Source: Anaeromyxobacteraceae bacterium (GTDB lineage: Bacteria; Myxococcota; Myxococcia; Myxococcales; Anaeromyxobacteraceae). Taken from it: a DNA stretch of 64,000 bases. Both the position numbers and the translations under genes were made by a program. How positions within the stretch are numbered: the first letter of the stretch is position 1; the number at the start of each line of letters is the position of its first letter. Below are positions 19,791 to 31,385 of the stretch, one piece after another. The stretch covers positions 2,464,001-2,528,000 of the forward strand of contig JASGHJ010000002.1 in the NCBI GenBank assembly GCA_047602405.1. The letters are read 5' to 3'. The notes under the pieces are model-generated. The model did not search any database. It was not told the origin of the DNA and saw nothing but the letters and a program-made list of their open reading frames with translations.

Positions 19791-20048
19791 CTACGCCGGC
19801 GGAGACTGGCCCGGGATCGCGCCCAGGGGCGCGCCGGTCACGGGAGGGAGCCCGGGCGCCCGCGCGGCCTCGCCGGCCGGGACGTCGACGGGCTCGAGAT
19901 CCACGACCTCGGTCCCGACGGCGTCGGCGGCGCGGACGACGCACGCGGCGCACCGCTCCTCGGCGTGCGGCCGCCCGGCGTCCACGTGCGGCGTGAGCCC
20001 CGCGGCGAGGACGGTGACGGCGACGACGGCGGCGAGGAGGTGCTTCAC
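19791..20048 (-). CDS. Small DUF2946-like leader protein (signal/TM, CxxC, C-terminal Pro-Pro motif)
   Basis: VKHLLAAVVAVTVLAAGLTPHVDAGRPHAEERCAAC...GAIPGQSPPA*, directly upstream of the metal-uptake operon. Confidence 0.65.
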   Translation of the reverse strand: MKHLLAAVVAVTVLAAGLTPHVDAGRPHAEERCAACVVRAADAVGTEVVDLEPVDVPAGEAARAPGLPPVTGAPLGAIPGQSPPA

Positions 20049-20082
20049 CGGACGGATACTTGGTCGCGACCTCGACGCGCTG

Positions 20083-21265
20083 TCAAGGTGATGTGGGTCC
20101 CACGACCCCGGCGGAGCGCAGCGCGGCGATTCTCGTCGTCGCCGAGGCCGGCCTCGGAGAGGACGTCCCGCGAGTGCTCGCCGACCCGCGGTGCGGGCCG
20201 GCGAGGGGCCTGCGCCCCGGCGAGCCGGACGGGGCTCGCGACGCCCGGGAGCGCCCGCCCCTCCCACGGGGTCTCGATCTCGAGGAACGCCCCGCGGGCC
20301 GCGAGGTGGGGATCCCTCAGGACCTCGTCGCCCTCGCGCACCGGCGCGACGCAGGCGTCGTGCTCGGCCGCGAACGCCTCCCACTCCGCGTGCGTGCGCG
20401 CGAGGAAGATCGCCTCGAGCTCCGCGCGGGGCCCGCGGCCGTCCTCCTCGAACTGCCGCCCGGCGAGCTCCGGGCGCCCCACCGCCGCGCAGAACGCGGC
20501 GAAGAACTTCGGCTCGAGCGCGCCGAGCGCGACGTGCCGGCCGTCCCGGGTGCGGTACACGCCGTAGCAGGCCGTCCCGCCGGAGAGCAGCTCTCGCCCG
20601 CGCGCGAGCGGCGTGCCCCGCGCCTGCGCCATCGCGAGCGGGAGCGTCATCAGCGCGAGCGCGCCCTCGAGCATGGAGACGTCCACGTGGGTCCCCTGCC
20701 CGCTCCGCTCCCGCCCGAGGAGCGCCGCGAGGATGCCCGCGACCGCCGGCCACGAGCCGCCCGCGATGTCCGCGACCTGCACGCCCGGCGCGGCCGGCCG
20801 GTCCGGCGGCCCGCCGAGGCCGAGCACGCCCGAGAGCGCCACGTAGTCGAGGTCGTGCCCGGCGCGGGCGGCGTAGGGGCCGTCCTGCCCGTAGCCGGTG
20901 ATCGACGAGAGCACGAGGCGGGGGTTCTCGCGGTGGAGCACCTCCCAGCCGAGCCCCATGCGCGCGAGCACGCCGGGCCGGAACGACTCCACCACCACGT
21001 CGGCCCGGCGCGCGAGCCTGAGGAAGGTCGCGACGCCCTCCGGTCGGCGCAGGTCGAGCCCGAGCGAGCGCTTGTTGCGGTTGAGGGCGTGGAAGGCGCC
21101 GGACTGCTCGCCCGCGAGGGGTGGCACGTGGCGGAGCAGGTCGCCCAGGCCCGGGTCCTCGACCTTCACGACGTCGGCCCCGAGGTCGGCGAGCAGGAGC
21201 GTCGCGTACGGCCCGGGCAGGAGCCGCGAGAGGTCGAGGACGCGGACGCCGTCGAGGGGGAGCAT
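20083..21265 (-). CDS. CaiB/BaiF family CoA-transferase / alpha-methylacyl-CoA racemase-like (frameshift at ~20130)
   Basis: LDLSRLLPGPY, LNRNKRS, GYGQDGPY...GHD; the corrected frame ends GDDEIAALRSAGVVGPTSP*. Confidence 0.88.
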
Positions 21266-21282
21266 GGCCGCCCCCGTGCGCG

Positions 21283-21612
21283 CTACAGGATCGACACGAG
21301 CTTCAGCGCGAGCCCCATGTCGCCCTGGATCTTGAGCTTGCCGGACATGAACGCCATCTGCGGGTTCATCTTGCCGTTCACGATCGACAGGAAGTCGGCG
21401 TCGGTCGCCGTCACCGTGCACCTCGCGCCGGGTGCGCTGCCGGTGACGACCTTCCCGCCGGGGGCGGTGCAGTCGACCGCCCAGGAGCCGCCGCCGGGGC
21501 CGGTGATGACGAACTGGTAGATGGCGTTGATCTTCGCCGCGACGTCCGGCTTCGCCTGGAGCTTCGCAGGGATGTGGACGTCGAAGACTTCGCTCACGCT
21601 CGCGACGGGCAT
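21283..21612 (-). CDS. SCP2 sterol/lipid-binding domain protein
   Basis: NPQMAFMSGKLKIQGDMGLALKL. Confidence 0.9.
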   Translation of the reverse strand: MPVASVSEVFDVHIPAKLQAKPDVAAKINAIYQFVITGPGGGSWAVDCTAPGGKVVTGSAPGARCTVTATDADFLSIVNGKMNPQMAFMSGKLKIQGDMGLALKLVSIL

Positions 21613-21653
21613 GGTCCACCCCCGGCCTGACCGGCAAATCGGGATGGAACCTA

Positions 21654-22034
21654 CTACGTCCGCGGCCGCGCCGCGAGGTCGCCGACCGTGCCGAGGAGCG
21701 CCTCGGGGTCGACCGGCTTCACGAGCACGGCGTCGACCTCGTGCCCCCGCGCCCGCGCGATGTCGTCGCGGTCCGCCCAGCCGGTCACCACCACCACCGG
21801 CACGCTCGGCGCGATGGCCTTCGCCGCGCGGGCCACCTCGAGGCCGCCCATGCCCGGCATGCCGACGTCGGTGAGGACCACCGCCACGGCCTGCTCCGAG
21901 AGCACCTTGAGGCCCTCCTGCCCCGTGGCGGCGGACACGACCTCCCAGCCGGAGGTCTCGAGGACCTCGGCCATGAGCTCGCGGTTGTCGTCGTCGTCCT
22001 CGACCAGCAGGATGCGCAGGGGTGCGGGGGCCAT
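21654..22034 (-). CDS. Single-domain response regulator (receiver)
   Basis: ILLVEDD, TDVGMPGMGG, VTG, KPVD. Confidence 0.9.
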   Translation of the reverse strand: MAPAPLRILLVEDDDDNRELMAEVLETSGWEVVSAATGQEGLKVLSEQAVAVVLTDVGMPGMGGLEVARAAKAIAPSVPVVVVTGWADRDDIARARGHEVDAVLVKPVDPEALLGTVGDLAARPRT

Positions 22035-22135
22035 GTTGAGCCCATGAGTTGAGCACGGCGCCCGGCCCGCGGCGGCGTCTCGCTCGGGGCCCGCCCCTTC
22101 GTCGCACCCGCGCGCGGAGGCCGGTCGTCGCCCCG

Positions 22136-23968
22136 CTACGCCTCGCCGCCCTTCCCGTCCGCGTAGAAGGCGTCGAGCACGGCCCTGTACTGCTGCGTGA
22201 CGAGCTTTCGCTTCACCTTGAGCGTCGGGGTGAGCTCCCCGCCCTCGACCGTGAAGTCCTTGGGGATGATCGCGAACTTCTTGATGGTCGAGTAGCTCGC
22301 CTGCTTGGCGTTGAGCGCGTCGACCGACCGCTGGATGCGTGCGATCACGCGGGGGTCCTGGTGGAGCGCCGCGCCGGGCGGGACGCCGTTCTCGGCGGCC
22401 CACTTCTTCGCGTTCTCCTCGTTGAGGGTGACGAGCGCCGAGAGGAACTTGCGCTTGTCGCCGTGGACCATGACCTGCGAGACGAGGTTGTCGGTCTTGA
22501 GGTCGTTCTCGAGGTTCTGGGGCGCGACGTTCTTGCCGCCCGCGGTGACGATGATGTCCTTCTTGCGATCGGTGATCTTGAGGCGGCCCTGCGCGTCGAG
22601 CTGGCCGATGTCCCCCGTGTAGAACCAGCCGCCCTTGATCGCCTCGGCGGTCGCCTCGGGGCTCCGGTAGTACTCCTTCATCACGCCCGGCCCCCTGATG
22701 AGGATCTCGCCGTCCTCGGCGATCTTCACCTCGGTGCCCGGGATGGCCGGGCCGACCGTGCCGATCTTCACCTGGCCCGGGCGGTTCACGAAGCTCGCCG
22801 CGGAGGTCTCGGTGAGCCCGTAGCCCTCGAGGATCACGAAGCCCAGCTGCTCGAAGAAGTAGGCGATCTTGGTCGAGAGCGGCGCGCCGCCCGAGACGAA
22901 GAGGCGCATGCGCCCCCCGAAGCGCTCGGCGAGCGCCGCCTTCAGCTTCGGGAAGATGAGCTTCCGCGCGATGACCATCTTCAGCCCGGTGTACTCCTTC
23001 CCGGCGTCGCGGGCGTTCGCGTACGCCTCGAAGCCCTCCATCGCGAGCTGGAAGAGCTTGCCCTTCAGGCCCGGGGTGGCGAGGCCCTTCGAGACCACGG
23101 TGTTGAACGCCTTCTCGAAGATGCGGGGCACCGCCGGCATGATTGTCGGCCGCACCTCCGAGGCGTTGTCCATGATCTTCTCGAGCGACTCGACGAACGC
23201 GCCCTCGGCGCCGGTCCGGAACCAGACCGCCTGGATCACCTTCGCGAACGAGTGCGCGAAGGGCAGGAACTGGAGGAGCACGTCGTCGGGCCGGACGATT
23301 TGCATCCCGGCCACCGCGTCGGCCTCGTAGACCCAGTTGGCGTGCGTGAGCACGACGCCCTTCGGGTTGCCGGTCGTGCCCGAGGTGTAGATGAAGCTCG
23401 CGGGCGCGTCGGCGCCGACCGCGGCGGTCCGCGCCTCGTGGGCCTGGGGGTTCGCCTTCCTCCACTCGACGCCGGCCTTCTCGAGATTGGCGAGGGAGCG
23501 CTCGAACGCGTCGGCCGGGCGGCCCTCCGCGCGGATGAGGCCCTTGAGGCTCGGGCACTCGCCCTTGATCTCGCGGATCTTCGCGACCTGGGCGGCGGTG
23601 TCGCAGAAGATCCAGCTCGCCCCGGAGTCCTGCAGGATGTACTGGACCTCGTGCGGCTTGTTGGACTGGTAGATCGTGACGGTGATCGCCGCCGCGCCGA
23701 GCACGCCGAGGTCGGCGAGCACCCACTCGAGCTGCGTCTCGCCGATGACCGCCACACGGTCGCCCGGCTTCACGCCCAGCGAGGCGAGGCCGTCGGCGAC
23801 GTCGCGCGCGCGCCGCGCCATCTCGGCCCAGGACACGGTCGCCCACCTGCCGTCCCGCTTGTGGTGGACGGCGGTGGCCTGCCCGCGCGCCCGCGCGGTC
23901 GCCTCGAACATCCGGACGATGTTGGCGCCTCCGGCTGCCCCCGCGCTCATCTCGGCCTCGGCCCTCAT
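22136..23968 (-). CDS. Long-chain fatty acid-CoA ligase (AMP-binding)
   Basis: YTSGTTGNPKG, EGYGLTET, TGDIG, TDRKKDII, LTPTLKVKR. Confidence 0.92.
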   Translation of the reverse strand: MRAEAEMSAGAAGGANIVRMFEATARARGQATAVHHKRDGRWATVSWAEMARRARDVADGLASLGVKPGDRVAVIGETQLEWVLADLGVLGAAAITVTIYQSNKPHEVQYILQDSGASWIFCDTAAQVAKIREIKGECPSLKGLIRAEGRPADAFERSLANLEKAGVEWRKANPQAHEARTAAVGADAPASFIYTSGTTGNPKGVVLTHANWVYEADAVAGMQIVRPDDVLLQFLPFAHSFAKVIQAVWFRTGAEGAFVESLEKIMDNASEVRPTIMPAVPRIFEKAFNTVVSKGLATPGLKGKLFQLAMEGFEAYANARDAGKEYTGLKMVIARKLIFPKLKAALAERFGGRMRLFVSGGAPLSTKIAYFFEQLGFVILEGYGLTETSAASFVNRPGQVKIGTVGPAIPGTEVKIAEDGEILIRGPGVMKEYYRSPEATAEAIKGGWFYTGDIGQLDAQGRLKITDRKKDIIVTAGGKNVAPQNLENDLKTDNLVSQVMVHGDKRKFLSALVTLNEENAKKWAAENGVPPGAALHQDPRVIARIQRSVDALNAKQASYSTIKKFAIIPKDFTVEGGELTPTLKVKRKLVTQQYRAVLDAFYADGKGGEA

Positions 23969-23973
23969 GGTCG

Positions 23974-24750
23974 TCACCTCTTCTCCGTTCGCGCGAGCTT
24001 CTGCCGCGCCATCGCCTGGAACCTTCGCTCCTCGGGCGCGTCGTAGCGGCCGGGCTCCCCGGCCGCCGCGCGCTCGAGCTCGGCCCGCGCCTTCGCGGGC
24101 TCGTCTTCCTTCTCGTAGAGGTCGGCGAGGTACACCCTCGCCCGCACGTTGTCCGGGTTGAGCTTCAGGGCCGCCTGGAGCGCCCGCTCGGACTTCTTCC
24201 CGTCGTACTTCGGCCACGGCAGCTTGAACCAGAAGCGGCCCCACGCCGTCGGGATCGCGCCGCCGGAGTAGCCGGGGTCGATCTTCTCCGCGTGGGAGAG
24301 CCGGTCCTTGAACTTGCCCTCGATGCCCTGCGAGAGCGCCTTCAGGATCCCGATGCCGAGCGAGTACTGCCCCATGTCCACGGCGGCGAAGTGCCAGCCC
24401 TCGACGCGCGACGGATCGAGCGCGATGGCCTTCTCGGCGTGCTCCCAGCCGATCTTGCCGAGCTTCGACTTCTCGTCGTCGGAGATCGCCGGATCGTCCG
24501 AGAGCCACGAGTAGAGCCGGGCGAGGCGCCACTCGAGCTCGTAGTCGGCCGGGCCCTCCTGCTCCGCGGCGGCGAGGCCGGCCTTCAGCTTCTCGAGCTC
24601 GCCGGGCTCGTCGCGTCGGTCGTACGCGCGGTCAACCTCGGCGAAGCGGACGTCGGCGGGGGCGGCGGCCGGGGCGGCCTCCCGGGCGGGGGCCTCCTCG
24701 GCGAGGTTCACGGTCGCCCAGAGGGCGAGCACTGCCAGAGGAGTGGGCAT
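23974..24750 (-). CDS. Exported TPR protein (TRAP T-component-like)
   Basis: Signal-like N-terminus, helical TPR repeats, GRFWFKLPWP. Confidence 0.65.
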   Translation of the reverse strand: MPTPLAVLALWATVNLAEEAPAREAAPAAAPADVRFAEVDRAYDRRDEPGELEKLKAGLAAAEQEGPADYELEWRLARLYSWLSDDPAISDDEKSKLGKIGWEHAEKAIALDPSRVEGWHFAAVDMGQYSLGIGILKALSQGIEGKFKDRLSHAEKIDPGYSGGAIPTAWGRFWFKLPWPKYDGKKSERALQAALKLNPDNVRARVYLADLYEKEDEPAKARAELERAAAGEPGRYDAPEERRFQAMARQKLARTEKR

Positions 24751-24926
24751 CCGAAGCTTGCTTTATGCAGCTTTTTCGTCCCGTGGGCAGGCTCCGTTCG
24801 GAGCGTCCGTTCACCGTGCGTGATCTGGTGTCCTGGCGCCGCAGGCCCGACAGGGTCTCATGCGCTGCGTCATGCCTGCGAAGCGCAGCGGAGCAGATCC
24901 GGGGAGGCCCGTCCGTCCCTCGAAAC

Positions 24927-26159
24927 TCAGCCCGCGCAGACGATCCGGACGTCGACCTGATCGCTCGAGCCGAGGACGCACGCGTTCTGGAAGGACAGCG
25001 TGGCGGGCGCGTCCGCGGTGGGCGGGGCGTAGACGGCCCCGGCCGAGGCCGCGTCGGCCGAGCCCTTCGCGGCGACCGGGCAGCCGACCACCGCGCCGCT
25101 CGCCTTCCGGAGCGAGACCGCGAGCATCCGGGGGTCCGGGAGCGCGCCCTGGAGCGGTACCGTCTGCGGCACGAGCAGGTCGGCGATCGACATCAACGAG
25201 TCGTGGAAGGTCGCCCGGCAGATGCTGTCCTTGAAGGCGTTCGTGCCGAGCGCGGTCACGAGCGCGTCGAGGCGGGCGGGCGCGTCGAACGAGGTGGAGC
25301 AGCGCGGCGTGGCCGCGCCGGAGGTCATGTTGAACCCGGCGATCACCGCGAGGACCGGGTCGCGCGCCTCGCCCTCGATCGGCCCGGTGAGGAACGCCAC
25401 GAAGTCGTCGATGGAGTCCATCTGGCCGGCCTGGAACTTCCGGGCGGGGTCGTGGCACGCATCCTGCCCGGCGGAGGCGCTCGTCGGGAGGTGGTGGCTC
25501 GAGTCGGAGCAGTCGTCCTCGTCGGTGAGGATGACGACCGCGAGCCTCGCCCCCGGCCGGAGGAACCCGGCGTTCGTGCCGTCCGCGATGCGCTCGGAGA
25601 GCGCGAGCCGGGCGGCGCGCAGCGGCTCCTCCTTGCCGGTCCCGTTCGTGCCGAGGAGCACGTTCGCCTCGAAGTCGGGGATGAGGGTGGCCGTGCCGCT
25701 GTCGAGGATCCGCGGCCCGAGCCAGGCGCCCGCGGAGTACCACAGCTTGTTCGGCACCACCGCCCCGCTCGCCCGCTCGATCGCGACGAGCGCGCCCTGC
25801 GGGTACGGCGCGCAGCCGGCGCAGGCGTTCGGCCCCGACCCGTAGGTCGCGGAGGTCGCGGGGTCGAAGTTCTCGACCGAGGTCGTGGTCACCCCCACCC
25901 GGAAGTCGTTCTTCACCGGCGACCGCGCGAGCGCGGTCACGAAGTCGCCGAGGTTGTCGTGGAGGTTCTGCTGCTCCTCGAGCATCGAGCCCGACTCGTC
26001 GATGACGAACAGGATGTCCGTCGCCGCGCTGCCGATGCTGATCCGCGCCTCGCACCTCGTGACCGCCTCGGGCGGCACGGTGTCGCAGCCGCAGCCCGGC
26101 AGGAGCGTGACGAGGCAGCTCCAGAGACCCACGGCGAGGGTGGCGGTCGGGCGGCGCAT
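24927..26159 (-). CDS. Cys-rich vWA-domain lipoprotein (CglB-like paralog)
   Basis: DILFVIDESGSM MIDAS motif; GKEEPL, TDEDDCS; lipobox-like GCGC. Confidence 0.75.
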   Translation of the reverse strand: MRRPTATLAVGLWSCLVTLLPGCGCDTVPPEAVTRCEARISIGSAATDILFVIDESGSMLEEQQNLHDNLGDFVTALARSPVKNDFRVGVTTTSVENFDPATSATYGSGPNACAGCAPYPQGALVAIERASGAVVPNKLWYSAGAWLGPRILDSGTATLIPDFEANVLLGTNGTGKEEPLRAARLALSERIADGTNAGFLRPGARLAVVILTDEDDCSDSSHHLPTSASAGQDACHDPARKFQAGQMDSIDDFVAFLTGPIEGEARDPVLAVIAGFNMTSGAATPRCSTSFDAPARLDALVTALGTNAFKDSICRATFHDSLMSIADLLVPQTVPLQGALPDPRMLAVSLRKASGAVVGCPVAAKGSADAASAGAVYAPPTADAPATLSFQNACVLGSSDQVDVRIVCAG

Positions 26160-26162
26160 GGG

Positions 26163-28049
26163 TCAGGGCTTGCAGCCGCTCGCGGCGTCACCGCCGTTGC
26201 AGCACGGGTCGGTCGAGCCCGCCGCGCAGCAGATGCAGGTGCCGGCGGTGGCCGGGACCTGCGCCGCGGGGACGCCCGCGGCCACGCAGGCCCAGTCGCT
26301 GGCCTGGCCGCCGAGCGCCGAGGCGCAGGACGCCTTCGACTGACAGCCGTCGGCGGGGAGCCGGCCGATGTAGTCGGCCGAGTAGGTCTCGCCGGGGTTC
26401 GCGCGGCAGTTGCCGGTCTCGTTGTTGATGAAGACGTAGCGTGAGACCCCGGTGGCGTCGCCGCCGTCGCGGGTCGCCGTGAACCACCAGTCCCAGCCGC
26501 CCGCCTTCGCGGCGGCGGCGGTGGTGCCGGCGGGCGCCGGCCCCTTGCAGATCTTCCGGGTCTGGCCGTCCGTCGCGGCGATGCGGAGCAGCGTCACGAC
26601 GCTCTCGGCAGGCGTCGTGGGCAGCACGAGCCCCGCCGGCGGCCGGACGATGTTCGCGATCTCGTCGAGCACGAGGCTGAAGTTGCCGTCGCAGATGGAG
26701 CCGGTGAAGACGTCGGCCCCCTGCCCGCGCAGCGCCTGGGCCGTCTCGTAGAAGCGGAAGCCCGCGGCCTGGCCGCCGCAGGTGGCGGTGCACGCGTTCT
26801 GCGGGCACGCGCCGCAGCAGACGCCCGGGGTGCAGGCGCCGGTGCCCGCGCGGCCGCACTGGTCCTGCGCCATCGAGACGACGAACGCGGCGCCGATGGG
26901 CCGGCCGAGCCCCATGAAGTAGTTCACGAAGTCGCCGGTCGGATACTGGCGGCGGCTCCCGGCCGGCTTGAGCGCGTCGGCCACGCAGGCGTCCGCGCCG
27001 GGGTTCCCTCCGTCCCACACCACGCCCGCCGTCGCGTCCACCGGCGACGAGCAGTCGTCCTCGTCGCCCACGAAGACCAGCACGAGCTTCGAGCCCGGCC
27101 GCGGCCACTCCGCGTTCGCGCTCGCGACGAGGGTCGTGGGGTTCCAGGCGTGCGCGCCGGAGAGGTCGTAGGTGTCCTTCTGCTGGCCCGCGAGCGCCTT
27201 CTCGACGGCCATCTTCCCGGCGAGCAGGCCCGTCTCCTCGCCCGACCCGCAGATCCCGACCTTCGCGCTGTTCTTGAAGAAGTCGATGAGCTGCGCCGAG
27301 GTGAAGCCCTGGCGGTTCTTGCCGGTGCCGCCCTGGTAGAGCGACTTGTCGAAGTGCAGCACCCGGGGCTGGCCGTCGAGGCTCACGAAGTCGCCCTGCG
27401 GGTAGCGCGTGCCGCCGACCGCGACGCCCCGCGTCCCGGCGGTGCAGGCGGCGGTATCGTAGTGCGTGAGCATCCGGCCGCAGGTGGCGCCCGCGGTGAC
27501 GCAGGGCTCGGAGCCCTTCTCGGCGGTGCCGCTCGCGTCGCAGCAGTACTTCTCGCCGAGCAGGTTCGTGCAGTCGGTCCGGCAGGTGAAGCCGGTGCCG
27601 CAGGCCTCGCCCTTCGCGCAGGACTTGCCCGCCTCCACGGGGCTGCCGCTCGAGTCGCAGCACACGAGGCTGCCCGGGTGGCCGCTGCAGTCCGACCGGC
27701 AGGTCGCGCCGAGGCCGCTGCCGTTGTTGAACATCACGGACGTGGTGGTGACTGCGAGGTGGTAGTCGAACGGCTGGAGCCCGCTCGACACGAGCGACTG
27801 GTTGTAGGCGTCGAGGTTCGTGACGAAGCTCGAGAACGCGGCCGAGAGCGCGGCCTGCTCGCCCTCCATCGAGCCCGAGTCGTCGATGACGAAGAGGACG
27901 TCGGCCGAGGAGACGTCGGACAGCTTCACCCGCTCGGTGGCGGGCTGGATGAGGCACTTGCCGACCGGGTTGAAGTTGTAGTCCTGGCACCCGGCGGCGC
28001 CGAGGGCGAGGCCGACCGACAGGAACGCGCCGAGCGCGGGTCTACGCAT
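26163..28049 (-). CDS. Cys-rich vWA-domain lipoprotein, CglB-like gliding adhesin homolog
   Basis: Lipobox AAGC followed by [32 protein letters not shown]; numerous Cys. Confidence 0.7.
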   Translation of the reverse strand: MRRPALGAFLSVGLALGAAGCQDYNFNPVGKCLIQPATERVKLSDVSSADVLFVIDDSGSMEGEQAALSAAFSSFVTNLDAYNQSLVSSGLQPFDYHLAVTTTSVMFNNGSGLGATCRSDCSGHPGSLVCCDSSGSPVEAGKSCAKGEACGTGFTCRTDCTNLLGEKYCCDASGTAEKGSEPCVTAGATCGRMLTHYDTAACTAGTRGVAVGGTRYPQGDFVSLDGQPRVLHFDKSLYQGGTGKNRQGFTSAQLIDFFKNSAKVGICGSGEETGLLAGKMAVEKALAGQQKDTYDLSGAHAWNPTTLVASANAEWPRPGSKLVLVFVGDEDDCSSPVDATAGVVWDGGNPGADACVADALKPAGSRRQYPTGDFVNYFMGLGRPIGAAFVVSMAQDQCGRAGTGACTPGVCCGACPQNACTATCGGQAAGFRFYETAQALRGQGADVFTGSICDGNFSLVLDEIANIVRPPAGLVLPTTPAESVVTLLRIAATDGQTRKICKGPAPAGTTAAAAKAGGWDWWFTATRDGGDATGVSRYVFINNETGNCRANPGETYSADYIGRLPADGCQSKASCASALGGQASDWACVAAGVPAAQVPATAGTCICCAAGSTDPCCNGGDAASGCKP

Positions 28050-28148
28050 CGAGAACCTCCCTACGGAAGCACGATGATAGCCCCGATCCCGGGGGCGGCA
28101 AACCTGCGGGAGGGGGCCCGAACAGCGGGCCCCGAGTGGCGCTCCCAC

Positions 28149-29705
28149 CTACTCCCACTCGATCGTGGCCGGCGGCTTCGACGAGACGTCGTAGACGACC
28201 CGGTTGATGCCCCGCACCTCGTTGGTGACCCGCGACGAGATCCGTCCGAGCAGGTCGTACGGGAGCCGGGCCCAGTCGCCGGTCATCCCGTCCGTGGACT
28301 CCACCGCGCGCAGCACGCAGGTGCTCTCGTAGGTGCGCTCGTCGCCCATCACGCCGACCGAGCGCACCGGGAGGAGCACCGCGAAGGCCTGCCAGAGCTT
28401 CTCGTAGAGCCCGGCCTTCTTGATCTCCTCCTGCACGATCACGTCGGCCCTGCGGACGAGGTCGAGCCGCTCCTTCGTGACCTCGCCGAGCACGCGGATG
28501 GCGAGCCCGGGGCCCGGGAAGGGTTGCCGCTGCACGATGTGCTGGGGCAGGCCGAGCTCGACGCCGAGGCGGCGGACCTCGTCCTTGAAGAGCTCGCGCA
28601 GCGGCTCCACGAGGGCGAGCTTCATCACCTCCGGCAGGCCGCCCACGTTGTGGTGGCTCTTGATGGTGGCGGAGGGGCCGCGGAACGACACCGACTCGAT
28701 GACGTCGGGGTAGAGCGTGCCCTGCACGAGGAACTGGGCGCGCTCGCCGTGGGCGGCGAGCTGCTCCACCTGCTCCTCGAAGACCGCGATGAACTCGCGG
28801 CCGATGATCTTGCGCTTCGCCTCCGGGTCGGTGACCCCGGCGAGCCGCTCGAGGAAGCGGTTCGAGGCGTCGACGGTGACGAGCGGGAGGTGGAACATCC
28901 CGCCGAACACCTCCTCCACCTGCTGGCGCTCGCCGTGCCGGAGCACGCCGTTGTCGACGAAGATGCAGCGGAGCCGGTTGCCGATGGCGCGGTGGACGAG
29001 GAGCGCCGCCACCGCGGAGTCCACGCCGCCCGAGAGGGCGCAGATGACGTGGCCGTCCTTCACCTGGGCCCGGATCTGCTCGACCGCCACGTCGACGTAG
29101 GCCCGCATCGACCAGGAGCCGGAGCAGCCGCAGATCTTCTTCGCGAAGTTCGCGAGGAGGTCCTTGCCGCGCGGCGTGTGGGCGACCTCGGGGTGGAACT
29201 GCACGGCGTAGATCCGCCGCGCGCGGTTCACCATGGCGGCGAACGGCGCCGAGGGGGTCGAGGCGATGGCCTCGAAGCCGGGCGGGATCGCCTCGACGCG
29301 GTCGCCGTGGCTCATCCAGACGTCGAGGCGGGCCGGCAGGCCGTCGAAGAGGCTCGTTGCCGGGCTTCGCCTCGATGGTGGCCGGGCCGTACTCGCGGTG
29401 GGCCGCCTTGTCGACGCGCCCGCCGAGCTCCTGCGAGAGGAGCTGGTGCCCGTAGCAGATGCCGAGCACCGGCACGCCGAGCTCGAGCGCGACCGCGTCG
29501 AAGCGCGGGCTCCCCTCCTGCCACGCCGAGTACGGCGAGCCGGAGAGCACGACGCCCTTCGGGGCGAAGGCGCGGATGGCCTCGCCCTTCATGGTGCACG
29601 GGTGGATCTCGCAGTAGACGCCGAGCTCGCGCAACCGCCGGGCGATGAGCTGCGTGTACTGCGACCCGAAGTCGAGGATGAGGATCTTCTCTGCGTGGAT
29701 GTCCA

Positions 29706-29706
<1 letters not shown>
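28149..29706 (-). CDS. guaA: GMP synthase (glutamine-hydrolysing), frameshift at ~29351
   Basis: [48 protein letters not shown]. Confidence 0.95.
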
Positions 29707-31304
<1,598 letters not shown>

Positions 31305-31385
31305 TCACCGCGCCCTGGTGATCGGCGGTGTCCCGTCGGCCGGTCCCTTGCTGGCCTCCTCGCTTCGCACGGATAATCCGCCCGA

